64,000 bases of DNA from NCBI RefSeq assembly GCF_046119375.1, contig NW_027362765.1, positions 87,110,001-87,174,000 of the forward strand, given 5' to 3'. The first letter of the stretch is position 1; every line of letters starts with the position of its first letter. Below, piece by piece: positions 24,477 to 35,540 of this stretch. The notes beneath the pieces were generated by a model. It made no database searches, had not been told where the DNA came from, and saw only the letters and a list, made by a program, of their open reading frames with translations. The translations under genes were made by a program, and so were the position numbers. Source of the DNA: Phyllobates terribilis (Eukaryota).

Positions 24477-25585
24477 TGGCAGGTTGGAGAAGGGTCGCAG
24501 GGTCCTGCGGTCATGGATTACTGGCAGGTGGGAGAAGGGTAGCAGGGTCCTGCGGTCATGGATTACTGGCAAGTGGGAGAAGGGTCGCAGAGTCCATCAG
24601 TCATGGATTACTGGCAGGTGGGAGAAGGGTAGCAGGGTCCAGCGGTCATGGATTACTGGCAGGTGGGAGAAGGGTAGCAGGGTCCAGCGGTCATGGATTA
24701 CTGGCAGGTGGGAGAAGGGTAGCAGGGTCCAGCGGTCATGGATTACTGGCAGGTGGGAGAAGGGTAGCAGGGTCCAGCGGTCATGGATTACTGGCAGGTG
24801 GGAGAAGGGTAGCAGGGTCCTGCGGTCATGGATTACTGGCAGGTGGGAGAAGTGTCGCAGGGTCCAGCGGTCATGGATTACTGGCAGGTGGGAGGAGGGT
24901 CGCAGGGTCCAGCAGTCATGGATTACTGGCAGGTGGGAGAAGGGTCGCTGCGTCCTGCGGTTATGGATTACTGGCAGGTGGGAGGAGTGTCGCTGGGTCC
25001 TGCGGTCATGGATTACTGGCAGGTGGGAGAAGGGTCCAGCGGTCATGGATTACTGGCAGGTGGGAGAAGGGTAGCAGGGTCCAGCGGTCATGGATTACTG
25101 GCAGGTGGGAGAAGGGTAGCAGGGTCCAGCGGTCATGGATTACTGGCAGGTGGGAGAAGGGTAGCAGGGTCCAGCGGTCATGGATTACTGGCAGGTGGGA
25201 GAAGGGTAGCAGGGTCCAGCGGTCATGGATTACTGGCAGGTGGGAGAAGGGTAGCAGGGTCCTGCGGTCATGGATTACTGGCAGGTGGGAGAAGTGTAGC
25301 AGGGTCCTGCGGTCATGGATTACTGGCAGGTGGGAGAAGTGTCGCAGGGTCCAGCAGTCATGGATTACTGGCAGGTCGGAGGAGGGTCGCAGGGTCCAGC
25401 AGTCATGGATTACTGGCAGGTGGGAGAAGGGTCGCTGCGTCCTGCGGTCATGGATTACTGGCAGGTGGGAGGAGTGTCGCTGGGTCCTGCGGTCATGGAT
25501 TACTGGCAGGTGGGAGAAGGGTCCAGCGGTCATGGATTACTGGCAGGTGGGAGGAGGGTCGCAGGGTCCTGCAGTCTTGGATTAC
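24477..25585 (+). repeat. 45-bp G-rich minisatellite (~25 units, two 36-bp variants)
   Basis: GGCAGGTGGGAGAAGGGTAGCAGGGTCCAGCGGTCATGGATTACT; 15-aa periodicity in translations. Confidence 0.95.
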
Positions 25586-25953
25586 TAACATGGCCACTGG
25601 ATTAGGCACCTGCCAATCGATTTGTTCATCTCTATCTTGGAGCCACGGATCCCCCGGTAAGTGCCGTTCTCCCCATATGACTTCTCTCTTCCAAGAAACA
25701 GGGCTAAGTTGTTATGGGCCGAGGCCGCAGTGTACAGTTGTCGCAGTAGATGTGGCTCTGTATACCGGACCTTATGGAGTATGTACTGTATATACACCGG
25801 GAGGGCAGTGTCTTCTGAATGACACAGGAGATGTTGGGAGCAGTAGTACCACCCACACATTGTCAGAGTGTCTAATGGGTCAGCCATTAGCGGTAATGAT
25901 TCCACTGACTGCCCTGGTCCTGCAGTCGCTAACCATTATCTTCCTCCTTACAG

Positions 25954-26063
25954 ATGGCTGCAGCCGGCTTCATCCACTGTCCTGGGGGGAACAGCCCTGA
26001 TGTCGCACAGTGTTTCTTCTGCCTGAAGGAGCTGGAGGGATGGGAACCGGAGGACGACCCCAT
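25954..26063 (+). CDS. BIRC5: BIRC5 exon 2
   Basis: cttacag|ATG GCT...CCC AT|gtaagt; 110 bp; [36 protein letters not shown] (two Zn-binding Cys). Confidence 0.97.
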
Positions 26064-26221
26064 GTAAGTGTGGATGGAAGGGAGGGAGCGCCATCGCGGG
26101 CATCCACTGTAGAAAGGCAGGTGACTGCAGCAGGGGGCGCTGTAATGGCAGCCATATTGGTAGGTGTAGCTGAGCGATCTATGAGGTGTGAATCCCTTTA
26201 TGACTTCAGTTCCCCTTCCAG

Positions 26222-26339
26222 CCAGGAACACATGAAGCACGCCCCGGCCTGTCCCTTCATCAGCCTGAAGAAGACGCCAGAAGAGCTGACACTCAGTGAA
26301 TTTCTGAAGCTGGATAGGGAGCGGGTGAAGATAAAAATG
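26222..26339 (+). CDS. BIRC5: BIRC5 exon 3
   Basis: ccttccag|C CAG...ATG|gtgaat; 118 bp; (I)[39 protein letters not shown] (Zn-binding His and Cys). Confidence 0.96.
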
Positions 26340-26739
26340 GTGAATAGACTGCCTCTCTTCAAAACTAGCAAACCAATCAGAGCTTAGTATTCAGAAAAAT
26401 AGCGCCACCTCTGATCACATATGGCATTGAACATCAGCACAATTTACTTGAAAGCTGCAATACCAGGCCTGGCACTGTTTATGGGGAAATTGCAGACCCC
26501 TTCTAACCACTGTTCATATTGGAAATTGTGGTTTTGACAATCTGGACACCTATATAGTGGTGGTAAATCTAGACTCGTAATCATACTGCCTGGGCAATGA
26601 GTGACACTCATGTTCTTGTCACTTTATTTCAGGGGAACTTTCCAAATCTTCCCTGTGTAGCTGAGTCACTTGTCAGTTTGTCCATTAGTGGGTGCCGTCT
26701 CTCAGTATTGTATCTCATATCCTGTCTCTTCTCTCCCAG

Positions 26740-26829
26740 CTTAAAGTGATGAACCAACACATTGAGACGTTCCAGACTTTGACGCAGAGGACGAGAGGAT
26801 CGCTGGAGAAGCTGGATAAGGATGACTGA
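26740..26829 (+). CDS. BIRC5: BIRC5 exon 4 (C-terminal helix); protein total 155 aa
   Basis: ctctcccag|CTT AAA...GAC TGA; LKVMNQHIETFQTLTQRTRGSLEKLDKDD*. Confidence 0.92.
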   Translation, partial: LKVMNQHIETFQTLTQRTRGSLEKLDKDD

Positions 26830-26924
26830 GCCCCTCCATCCCCCGCTGTGCGGTGTATATAGTGTTAATATTTTCTTCTCCGTCGTCCCATTCTGTTTTT
26901 ACTGCTGCCTGTAACATTCCCTTT

Positions 26925-26930
26925 AATAAA
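26925..26930 (+). terminator. Candidate BIRC5 polyadenylation signal
   Basis: AATAAA about 95 bp after the stop codon. Confidence 0.65.
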
Positions 26931-27387
26931 CTGTCCCAGCTGGGTGCAAATAATCTATTCTACTGACTGATGACAATGATTGCTGCATTATAGGGGTCAG
27001 CAATATACCTGCAGCCTTCATTGAGGAGTGGGGGGGGGGGGGGTATATCAATAATCTGTGCATGCCCAGACCTTGCAGCGGGGCTTACAAAAGTATTGGT
27101 CACCTCACCGCCAAGTTTCCGCCATTGCCGGATGTCCAGAAAACTTGCACATGTGTAGATCATAACAATAGAAGATGCTGATGGCTGTGCTGTCACACTA
27201 CCATCCATCACTGATCATTTTCTGGACTAGAGCGGCGTCTTCACAACCATTTGTTTAGCCTGCCATTTTATAGTGGTTGTCTGGCGCCTCTCACCTCGGA
27301 CTGTGTCTACACAACCTCCCTGGCGTCACTTGCCTTCCAATATGGAAGTGGCACCAGACAACCCTTTAAAAGTCCTAAAATAGTCCC

Positions 27388-27739
27388 TTAAAGTTGTGGT
27401 CAGAAACTGACATTTATTTTAATCCTAAATGTCTGTCTAATGTAATAATATACTTAAATTAAAAATTCCCTATCATTCCTTCACTACTCTGAATTATATA
27501 ATTTTTTTGACGCTTCGTTTCAGGGTGGGGCGCAGTGACCGCAGCCTCTGCCCCCTGATGTCCTGTGTGAGTATCCTGGCAGGAGCTGGGACTTAGCGTC
27601 AAGCAGCAAGTAGGTAAAAAAAAATAGCAGATAGCGTAGTGAGGGAATGATATATTGAATTTTTAGTTAAGTATTGTAGACAAATTAGTTTACATTAGAC
27701 ATTTAGGATTAAAATGTTAGTTTTGGACTACCCCTTTAA
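27388..27739. mobile_element. TTAA-bounded MITE (T2/Kolobok-like)
   Basis: ttaaagttgtggtcagaaactgacattt...aaatgttagttttggactacccctttaa; long imperfect inverted arms. Confidence 0.7.
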
Positions 27740-28567
27740 GGGTGCACAGTCAGCATATTTAGCAATCTTCAGCATTGCGATATATACCCTCTCCCCCACA
27801 CTGACTGCTGTGATGAAAGCTGAAGATGTTAGTAATCTCTCTACTTCCAGCACTCGTTATCACACACGATCCACCATTGAGGAGAGAAGACTCACAACCT
27901 GCTCTAAGCTATTGTGGGGGCGTGTTCTTTCCCCTGTATCTTGCTGCCTGCTTATGATTGGTCAACGTCATTCAGGGGAAGAACACTGGTAACTCCCACC
28001 CCACCTCCCGGACTTAATTACATCCTATACTTTACACGCTAATATCTCTGCAATGGAGAGGAGAAAATAAACTACCGTCACTAGACCAAGATGTGGCCAG
28101 TTTAACATGCCCAAACTGGTGAAAGGTCCTGTTTAAAGGCATGTATTATCAACTTAAACATTTTGCAAAGGCTTTGTATCCATACCCATTGCTGACATCT
28201 GAATGAGCCACATGAGAATTTGTCAGTGAGCTCCTTCTGACAAGAGTTTGGAGCTCGTATCATCCGTATTTTTCTGAGCTCCTTTGATTTATGACCACAT
28301 ACAAGTCTGGCTGAACTTTGATGTGGTTTTTAAATCACCACAGAGGAATCCAGAAAAATACAGATGAGCGTTACATACTCTGTCAGGATGAGCTCGCTGA
28401 CATTCTTAGATTAACTCATGCTTCAGCAATAAGACAAAACTGGAAACGCGTAGGGTCTGATTCATTTTAGTTCTTCAGACTATTCCTTACTTAGATCTCG
28501 CCATGCGCCTTGTCTATTGAGACAGGAGCTGGTTACATGTTCAGCTCTGCTGTGCGGGTCACATCCC

Positions 28568-28573
28568 TTTATT
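28568..28573 (-). terminator. Candidate THA1 polyadenylation signal
   Basis: AATAAA on the minus strand about 85 bp after the stop codon. Confidence 0.6.
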
Positions 28574-28656
28574 CTACGTTCATGTACAAGGACTGATTGA
28601 TGGTCGGCATAAAAGCAGTGATTCGGCAGTAGTGTAAAATTCCAGTGCCCCTCTTG

Positions 28657-28934
28657 CTAGGGAGCCCCTGTTTTGTATGTTTGTAGCACCCACTTGAGCT
28701 TTTCCAGTGCTTGCAGGGTGTTTTCCGTGGACACGTCCCGATGCCAGACGAGCCGTACGGTGCCAGGAGAGATGACCAGAGCTTTCACCGCCACACCGGA
28801 CTGCTGGTCGCATGCGCTCAGACGGTCACACAGATCCTGACCACTCAGCGGTGCCATGATTGTGAGCAGCACCATGTTACTGTCCACTGCAGCCGGGTCC
28901 GTGCTGCAGACGGGCGAGGCCAGCTCGTGTACCG
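28657..28934 (-). CDS. THA1: L-threonine aldolase exon 7 (last)
   Basis: ttccttccag|CG GTA CAC...; (A)VHELASPVCSTDPAAVDSNMVL...VRLVWHRDVS...TGAP*. Confidence 0.93.
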
Positions 28935-29335
28935 CTGGAAGGAAAAGTTGGCAGTTTAAAGGGCTTGTTCTGGACTATGTACCATGCACCTCTCCAATGA
29001 ACTTTAGGCCAGGGACAAATCTGTATATGGACCTCCCAACCCAAACTTAGACATATGATCGGCTGAACCCAGCTTTATGGGGAATATGCGCTGAAATATA
29101 TCCAGCCTGGAAAAGGGGAATCCGTATTACCAAGGAATCGCTACTCAAGCAATTCTCATACCTTTTTTTGTGCTGCATTAAAATACAACTGCTCCCATTG
29201 GGGAGATCTATGCAAATTAAAGGGGTTTCGCAGGCTTACTATTATGGATGACCTAGGCTTAGGAGAGGGCATCAGTATCAAATGGTTTAGGGTCCAGCAC
29301 CCCCTACAGATTAGCTGGGTACTGCGGCGTCTTAC

Positions 29336-29528
29336 CTTTGGCAAACGTCTTGGCGTTCTGATGATCTAACTTTACGTTCTCTTTTGCAAGTTTCAATGCC
29401 ACCAGTCCGGCGGCCGCCAGTACACCCGCCTGCCGCATTCCTCCCCCGAGCATCTTCCGTACCCGCCGCGCCTCCGCAATAAACTCTGCTTTGCCCGCAA
29501 GTAAGGAACCCACTGGTGCCCCAAGTCC
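29336..29528 (-). CDS. THA1: L-threonine aldolase exon 6
   Basis: tgtgcag|GGA CTT...AAA G|gtaaga; GLGAPVGSLLAG...RKMLGGGMRQAGVLAAAG...DHQNAKTFAK. Confidence 0.96.
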
Positions 29529-29596
29529 CTGCACAAAACACAAGAATCCTCTATAGATACTGAGTAGGTAGTTTTCATTTTTCGTGAATTCCTTAC

Positions 29597-29734
29597 CTTT
29601 GACAGACACAGTGACACGGAGTCACAGAAGCGGACAATCTCTGCTGCCTCCACCTCCAGCGCCTCTGCAGCATTGTGGAGTCGCGCCCCATCTAGGTGGA
29701 TCTTCAGCCCGTAGCGATCTGCCAGGTCCCGTAC
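29597..29734 (-). CDS. THA1: L-threonine aldolase exon 5 (PLP-binding Lys)
   Basis: ccgcag|GTA CGG...TCA AAG|gtaagg; VRDLADRYGLKIHLDGARLHNAA...CDSVSLCLSK. Confidence 0.96.
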
Positions 29735-29809
29735 CTGCGGAGGAAGATGGGAGTGAGATCATCTGGTGGGGGGTGGTACACATAGTACAGCGCGGTGCAC
29801 TGCACCCAC

Positions 29810-29995
29810 CTCCTGCATGTAGGATAGGGGGAGCACGCGGCCCCCCATGCGGTTGTGGCTGTTCTCTAAGCAAATGAGACACGTCTGAGCAACATGCACA
29901 TCTGGGTAGCTATGCTGGATCTTGCTCTCCAAATCCTTCAAGTCCAGGCGTCCGTCTTTCAGGGTCCGTACAGAACGAGGGAACACTCCTGCAAC
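29810..29995 (-). CDS. THA1: L-threonine aldolase exon 4
   Basis: cgcacag|GTT GCA...CAG GAG|gtgggt; VAGVFPRSVRTLKDGRLDL...ICLENSHNRMGGRVLPLSYMQE. Confidence 0.95.
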
Positions 29996-31127
29996 CTGTG
30001 CGAAACGCGGTAGCACAAATGTGAAAAATGTGTATATATTTGGGGGGGAAGAAAAAAATTCTATTTGTCTGATGTTCATCATGTGGTCTAAGTGACTTTA
30101 TTCTGTAGTTTTTATGACTTTTGCACAATAAAAAATAAAGTTCATTGATGGATCAGGATGAGGGTTTTACTTTATTTTATTTTTTTGCATGATGAGGAAA
30201 AAAAAAAAAAGGAAAAGACTGTTTACAGCATTTGGATCTCATTCACCCATGTATTCTAGCAGTGTTTTCCGCAGATCATGTACCCATTATAGTCTATGGA
30301 GCTGTTCACATGTGTGCGGGCTTTTTTTGTAGACAAAGGGGGCGATTCATCAAGACCATACAATCTCTCGCTGGTCTTGACGATTCGGCGTGTTGGAGCG
30401 GGCGCACATCTCACGCTCCAGCTCTGCCCACTTTGTTGGAGTTGGGGCGAGAATAGCGTGTTTTTTATCTAACAAGGTAGAAAGAATTTGGCGGGGTTTT
30501 TTTTTTTCAAATTGTTCTGTTTACTCTTCCGGGGTCCAAAAATGTGACTTTTTGGGCAGATTATGACCTTTCTCATACATCGAATTGCAATGTAGGGAAA
30601 AAAAAAGCGCAGATGCTGGCGGTATAGTCACTCAAGTGAAAGGCGCTATATCACCACTCACAGTGTTTTTTGTTTAACCTTGGTACATAAGGGTCAGGGA
30701 CCATACTTGAGCACTTTGCACTTGGACTGTCCTTTTTGCTTTTCTCCATTTTTTATTTTGTATCTAAGTGACGGATCAAATCCCACACTTATCTGACCAT
30801 TGCAGGTGAATTCTGACCCTCAAAAAAAAGCTATTGACCATTTGCCAATTTTTGCACTTTTTTTTTTTTTTCCAATCTGTACCAATTCAGACTTGGCACT
30901 GAATTTTGGGAACGGTGGATGTGACTGGACCTCTGTGCTCAGACACTATGGAGGGCGGTGGAGCAGCCTGCTAGACCAGATGAGCGCATGTTGCGATTTT
31001 TTTTTTCAACATGGACATGAGGTCCATGCGCTAACACGTAGGCTGCCTTGTATTTTTGGGACCGGTGTATTCAAAATCAGCACAGCCCCATCAGACGTTG
31101 CAGGATAACACCTGTATGGTCAATATA

Positions 31128-32680
31128 CACTGCTCAAAAAAATAAAAGGAACACTTAAACAACAGAATATAACTCCAAGTAAATCAAACTGTTCACTTAG
31201 GAAGCAACACTGACTGACAATCAATTTCACATGCTGTTGTGCAAATGGAATAGACAATAGATGGAAATTATTGGAAATTATCAAGACAACCTCAATAAAG
31301 GAGTGGTTCTGAAGGTGGGGATCACAGACCACATCTCAGTACCAATGCTTTCTGGCTGATGTTTTAGTCACTTTTGAATGTTGGTTGTGCTTTCACACTC
31401 GTGGTAGCATGAGACGGACTCTACAACCCACAGAAGTTGCTCAGGTAGTGCAGCTCATCCAGGATGGCACATCAATGCGAGCTGTGGCAAGAAGATTTGC
31501 TGTGTCTGTCAGCATAGTGTCCAGAGGCTGGAGGCGCTACCAGGAGACAGGCCAGTACACCAGGAGACGTGGAGAGGGCCGTAGGAGGGTGACGACCTAG
31601 CAGCCTGACTGTTACCTCCGCCTTTGTGCAAGGAGGAACAGGAGAAGCACTGCCAGAGCCCTGCAAAATGACCTCCAGCAGGCCACAAATGTGCATGTGT
31701 CTGCACAAACGGTTAGAAACCGACTCCATGAGGGTGGTATGAGGGCCCGACGTCCACAGATGGGGGTTATGCTCACAGTCCAACACCGTGCAGGACGCTT
31801 GGCATTTGCCACAGAACACCAGGATTGGCAAAGTCACCACTGGTGCCCTGTGCTCTTCACAGATGAAAGCAGGTTCACACTGAGCACATGTGACAGAGAC
31901 TGGAGATGCCGTAGAGAGCAATCTGCTGCCTGCAACATCCTTCAGCATGACCGGTTTGGCAGTGGGTCAGTAATGGTGTGGGGTGGCATTTCTTTGGAGG
32001 ACCGCACAGCCCTCCATGTGCTCGCCAGAGGTAGCCTAACTGCCATTAGGTAACTAGATGAGATCCTCAGACCCCTTGTGAGACCATATGCTGGTGCGGT
32101 TGGCCCTGGGTTCCTCCTAATGCAGGACAATGCCAGACCTCATGTGGCTGGAGTGTGTCAGCAGTTCCTGCAAGATGAAGGCATTGAAGCTATGGACTGG
32201 CCCGGCCGTTCCCCAGACCTGAATCTGATTGAGCACATCTGGGACATCATGTCTCGCTCCATCCACCAACGTCACGTTGCACCACAGACTGTCCAGGAGT
32301 TGGCGGATGCTTTAGTCCAGTTCTGGGAGGAGATCCCACAGGAGACCATCCGCAACCTCATCAGGAGCATGCCCAGGCATTGTAGGGAGGTCATACAGGC
32401 ACGTGGAGGCCACACACAATACTGAGACTCATTTTGACTTGTTTTAAGGACATTACATCAAAGTTGGATCAGCCTGTAGTGTGTTTTTCCACTTTAATTT
32501 TGGGGGTGACTCCAAATCCAGGCCTCAGTTGGTTAATAAATGTGATTTCCATTGATGATTTTTGTGTGATTTTGCTGTCAGCACATTCAACTTTGTACAG
32601 AACAAAGTATTCAAGGAGAATATTTCATTCATTCAGATCTAGGATGTGTTATTTGAGTGTTCCTTTTTTTTTGAGCAGTG
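31128..32680 (+). mobile_element. Tc1 element, DD34E, short TIRs, TA target duplication, in THA1 intron 3
   Basis: TA|CACTGCTCAAAAAAATAAAGGAACACT ... AGTGTTCCTTTTTTTTTGAGCAGTG|TA; 34 residues between MQ(D)NA and NLI(E). Confidence 0.93.
31409..32425 (+). pseudogene. Disrupted DD34E transposase
   Basis: [14 protein letters not shown]..., FTDESRF, QDNARPH, SPDLNLIEHIW, ARGGHTQY*; stops at 31598-31600 and 32051-32053. Confidence 0.9.
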
Positions 32681-32697
32681 TATATAGTGTGTATACA

Positions 32698-33054
32698 GGA
32701 GAGTATGTACAGATATATAGTGTGTACATGTATGTACAGTGCGTGCATAGGAGTGTGTACATGTATGGATGTATGTATAGGAGAGTGTGGACATGTATGT
32801 ACCTTTATAGACATGTATGAGTCGTTGTACAGCCTCGCACACTGTGTATTCTCTGTATCACACGGATGCTTTGTACAGTGGTAACTAGAGATGAGTGAAT
32901 GGATTCACAGGAGCCCATGACAGCAGGACATTCTGCGCCTCTTCTGATTAGTAGCCATGGGGCAGCGTCACTGTTGTAGCATAAGGGACGAGTGACATTG
33001 TGCCAGGATGTTGGCAGGTAGAAGGAGGGTCGCACGGTCCTGGATTATTGGCAG
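32698..33054 (+). repeat. Copy of the BIRC5 intron-1 segment 24172-24527, followed by a second copy of the Tc1 right end (33055-33125)
   Basis: Direct alignment by eye; 33055-33125 repeats 32621-32688. Confidence 0.88.
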
Positions 33055-33282
33055 TATTTCATTCATTCAGATCTAGGATGTATTATTTGAGTGTTCCCTT
33101 TATTTTTTTGAGCAGTGTATATAGTCTCTGCTGTTACAAGCGACACACACCAGGTGGCAGCACAACATAAACGCACGTAGAGTAGAACACAGTGAAATGG
33201 ATGCAAGTGCATTTAAGACCCTAGGATGGGTGAGGGTCCCAGTGATCAGAAAATAACCCTTTAATGTCCTCAGGTGTCTTAC

Positions 33283-33371
33283 CTGTGCCGTATTTCCCTG
33301 CTCATAGAAGAACGTGTGAGATTCATCCCCAACCAGGACCTCCGATCCCCTGAGCCGGCAGTGAACCATGA
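33283..33371 (-). CDS. THA1: L-threonine aldolase exon 3
   Basis: ctcgccag|TC ATG...GCA CAG|gtaaga; (V)MVHCRLRGSEVLVGDESHTFFYEQGNTAQ. Confidence 0.95.
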
Positions 33372-33602
33372 CTGGCGAGAGACGGGACGTAATGATAAAC
33401 CAGTCTGCTGCACCCTGCTTGCTGTCAATGAATGACGAAGGCAGAAAAGCAGCCAATACATGGCGACGAGCCATGCACTTGGACTTAGATGGGTGTGCCG
33501 GGCCTCATTCAGTTGCAGTAAGCAGAGATCTTGAAAACAGCCAAGATGCATTAGAAAAATGCTACGTTTTTGCTGATGTGCACATTGGCTCGGGCCACTT
33601 GC

Positions 33603-33686
33603 CTGCGATCAGATTTCCCATGGTGGCGGTGGTCACAAACAGAGCGTCTTCCGTTCCGAGGAGCTGCGCCGTATGTCGCTGAAGCT
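33603..33686 (-). CDS. THA1: L-threonine aldolase exon 2 (GC donor)
   Basis: gcctacag|AG CTT...GCA G|gcaagt; (E)LQRHTAQLLGTEDALFVTTATMGNLIA. Confidence 0.93.
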
Positions 33687-33818
33687 CTGTAGGCAAAAAC
33701 ATAAGTAATTTGTCACTAAAGGGACACTCCACTTAAAGTTTGTGTTTTGTTAGAGGGGTACCATCAGCTGCCATATCCTTAAAGACCTCCCCCCCCCTTC
33801 TCCAAACATGACACTCGC

Positions 33819-34050
33819 CATTCACAGTGGGGTCTTCACCATAGACGTCATCTCCCACCTCTGCCTCGGCCATGGCTCTCCTCATCTCCGCGCAGGGCTT
33901 GGTGACGGTGTCGCTGCGCAGATCCACCACCATGGCGCCTATGTTTGCACCGCTTTGGCTTCTTGTATACATGGAGCGGAAAATGGGGCAAAACGGGGGC
34001 GCGCTAAGTGCCAGACTTTTATTACGATGAGGACTGACCTGAAAGAACAT
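33819..34050 (-). CDS. THA1: L-threonine aldolase coding exon 1 (GC donor); start at 34050 gives 399 aa
   Basis: MFFQ...[40 protein letters not shown]|gcgagt; DLRSDT motif. Start codon choice is inferred (alternatives at 33972 and 33933). Confidence 0.88.
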
Positions 34051-34414
34051 ATGGAAATGATGTCATTCACATCTGATAATCTAGAATATCTGATAATCCG
34101 GCACCTGCCCGTGCCCGATGTCCGTACTATCGCTGTATTATGAGTTTCGCCATTTTGGATACTATTTTGGGGAGTTTTCGCCTCCCTTCTCCCAAAACAG
34201 TCAAATGATGCAAAGTCTTCCATGTTGCAAAATGCACAAAATTCCTACATTTGCAAAGCAGCCATATGTATAGAGCCATAATACAATACCCAGCAGCGGA
34301 TCCCCAGGGACACAGCCGCCCTCACTCTCTTCATAGGGCAAGATACAAGTAACTCTATGGAATTTGGACCCCAGGAGTCGCGGAGTGACGTGAGAAAACA
34401 CGCTGTAAATGCCG

Positions 34415-34500
34415 GACTACATTTCCCGTCATGCACCGAGCGCTTATCTCGTAGGCGGGGGGTGGAGAAAGGCAAACATGCACCCTGGGAGCTGTAGTTT
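34415..34500. promoter_or_regulatory. ZNF143/THAP11-like motifs upstream of THA1
   Basis: GACTACATTTCCCGTCATGC 34415-34434 and minus-strand AACTACAGCTCCCAGGGTGCATG near 34478-34500 in CpG-rich DNA. The motif is also common in frog MITEs. Confidence 0.4.
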
Positions 34501-35540
34501 AACCCTCTGCTGGGCAGCTGTAAACTGCTAAGTAATGTGAACATTGGAGAAAAGTTGATAATTAACGATTCCTTGATGTACGTGAGATTAGAACTACTCA
34601 GAAAACCATAAAATAAGTAATGTAGGTGTTAAGTAGAGCAGTTTACCTTTGCATCCAATCAGATTCCGGCTCTTATTTTTCTAAAGCAGGTTAAAGAATG
34701 AAAGAAGGGATCTGATTGGTTGCTAGGGTAGTATTAGGGCATTGCTAGATTAGCTGTGATTTAAAGGGACAGAAATTTACAAGGCGCGTCGATGTATTTG
34801 ACAAAAAACACAATAAACAGTGCATGTAAATTTCCTCAACACAGTTACTACAGTGGTCTCTCTAGCTTTCACAAAACTACAACTCCCAGCATCACCTGCT
34901 TTAGTTTTGCGTGCTCTTAACTGCGATATGCATGGAAAATTGCTATTTAAGTGATATAAAAAAGGTAATCCCACTTGGAATACTCCCTTTAAAACAATCG
35001 CTGAAGTAGTAATTCCCTAACATACAAGAATTTGCATAGCAACTGTTCCCCATAGCTACCAACCAGATACCTTATTCCCATCTTTCCCCATAGAATGAGG
35101 GTAGTAGTCGACTACTGTGAACCCTTTGACCCCTTGAGGAACCGTGAGTCGGTCTCGTCATCTTATCTGAAGTCTGAGGAACCAATTCTGTGACTTTACC
35201 AAAAAATTAAGATTAATCACAGAGGACGGGCATCTTCTTAAGACGGTGCAATGTATTGCCTCCGGGGTTGTTTCTGCACCCGAATACAAGGTCCTAAAAA
35301 GGCGTCACTCAGCTTTCCCAATGTCCTGAACAGCAAATAGGTAAACTGCCATTCAGGAACCTGAGGAAGAAAATCCTAAAACTATATTAAATGTGGATTC
35401 AGTGCCAATAAAAAAAATAAAAAAAAGCTGTAATGGCGGCCATATTGGCTGTCACCCAGCTTTCCTAGAAAAGCTAGGTGAATATCGCTGAGCCATAATG
35501 GCGGCCTTAATATCAAAATCTTATTCCGAAGGGACTGTCT

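Noticed and set aside
24457-26000. 205-390 aa ORFs in BIRC5 intron 1
   Set aside because: Translations of the 45-bp minisatellite; the real exon 2 starts at 25954 in another frame.
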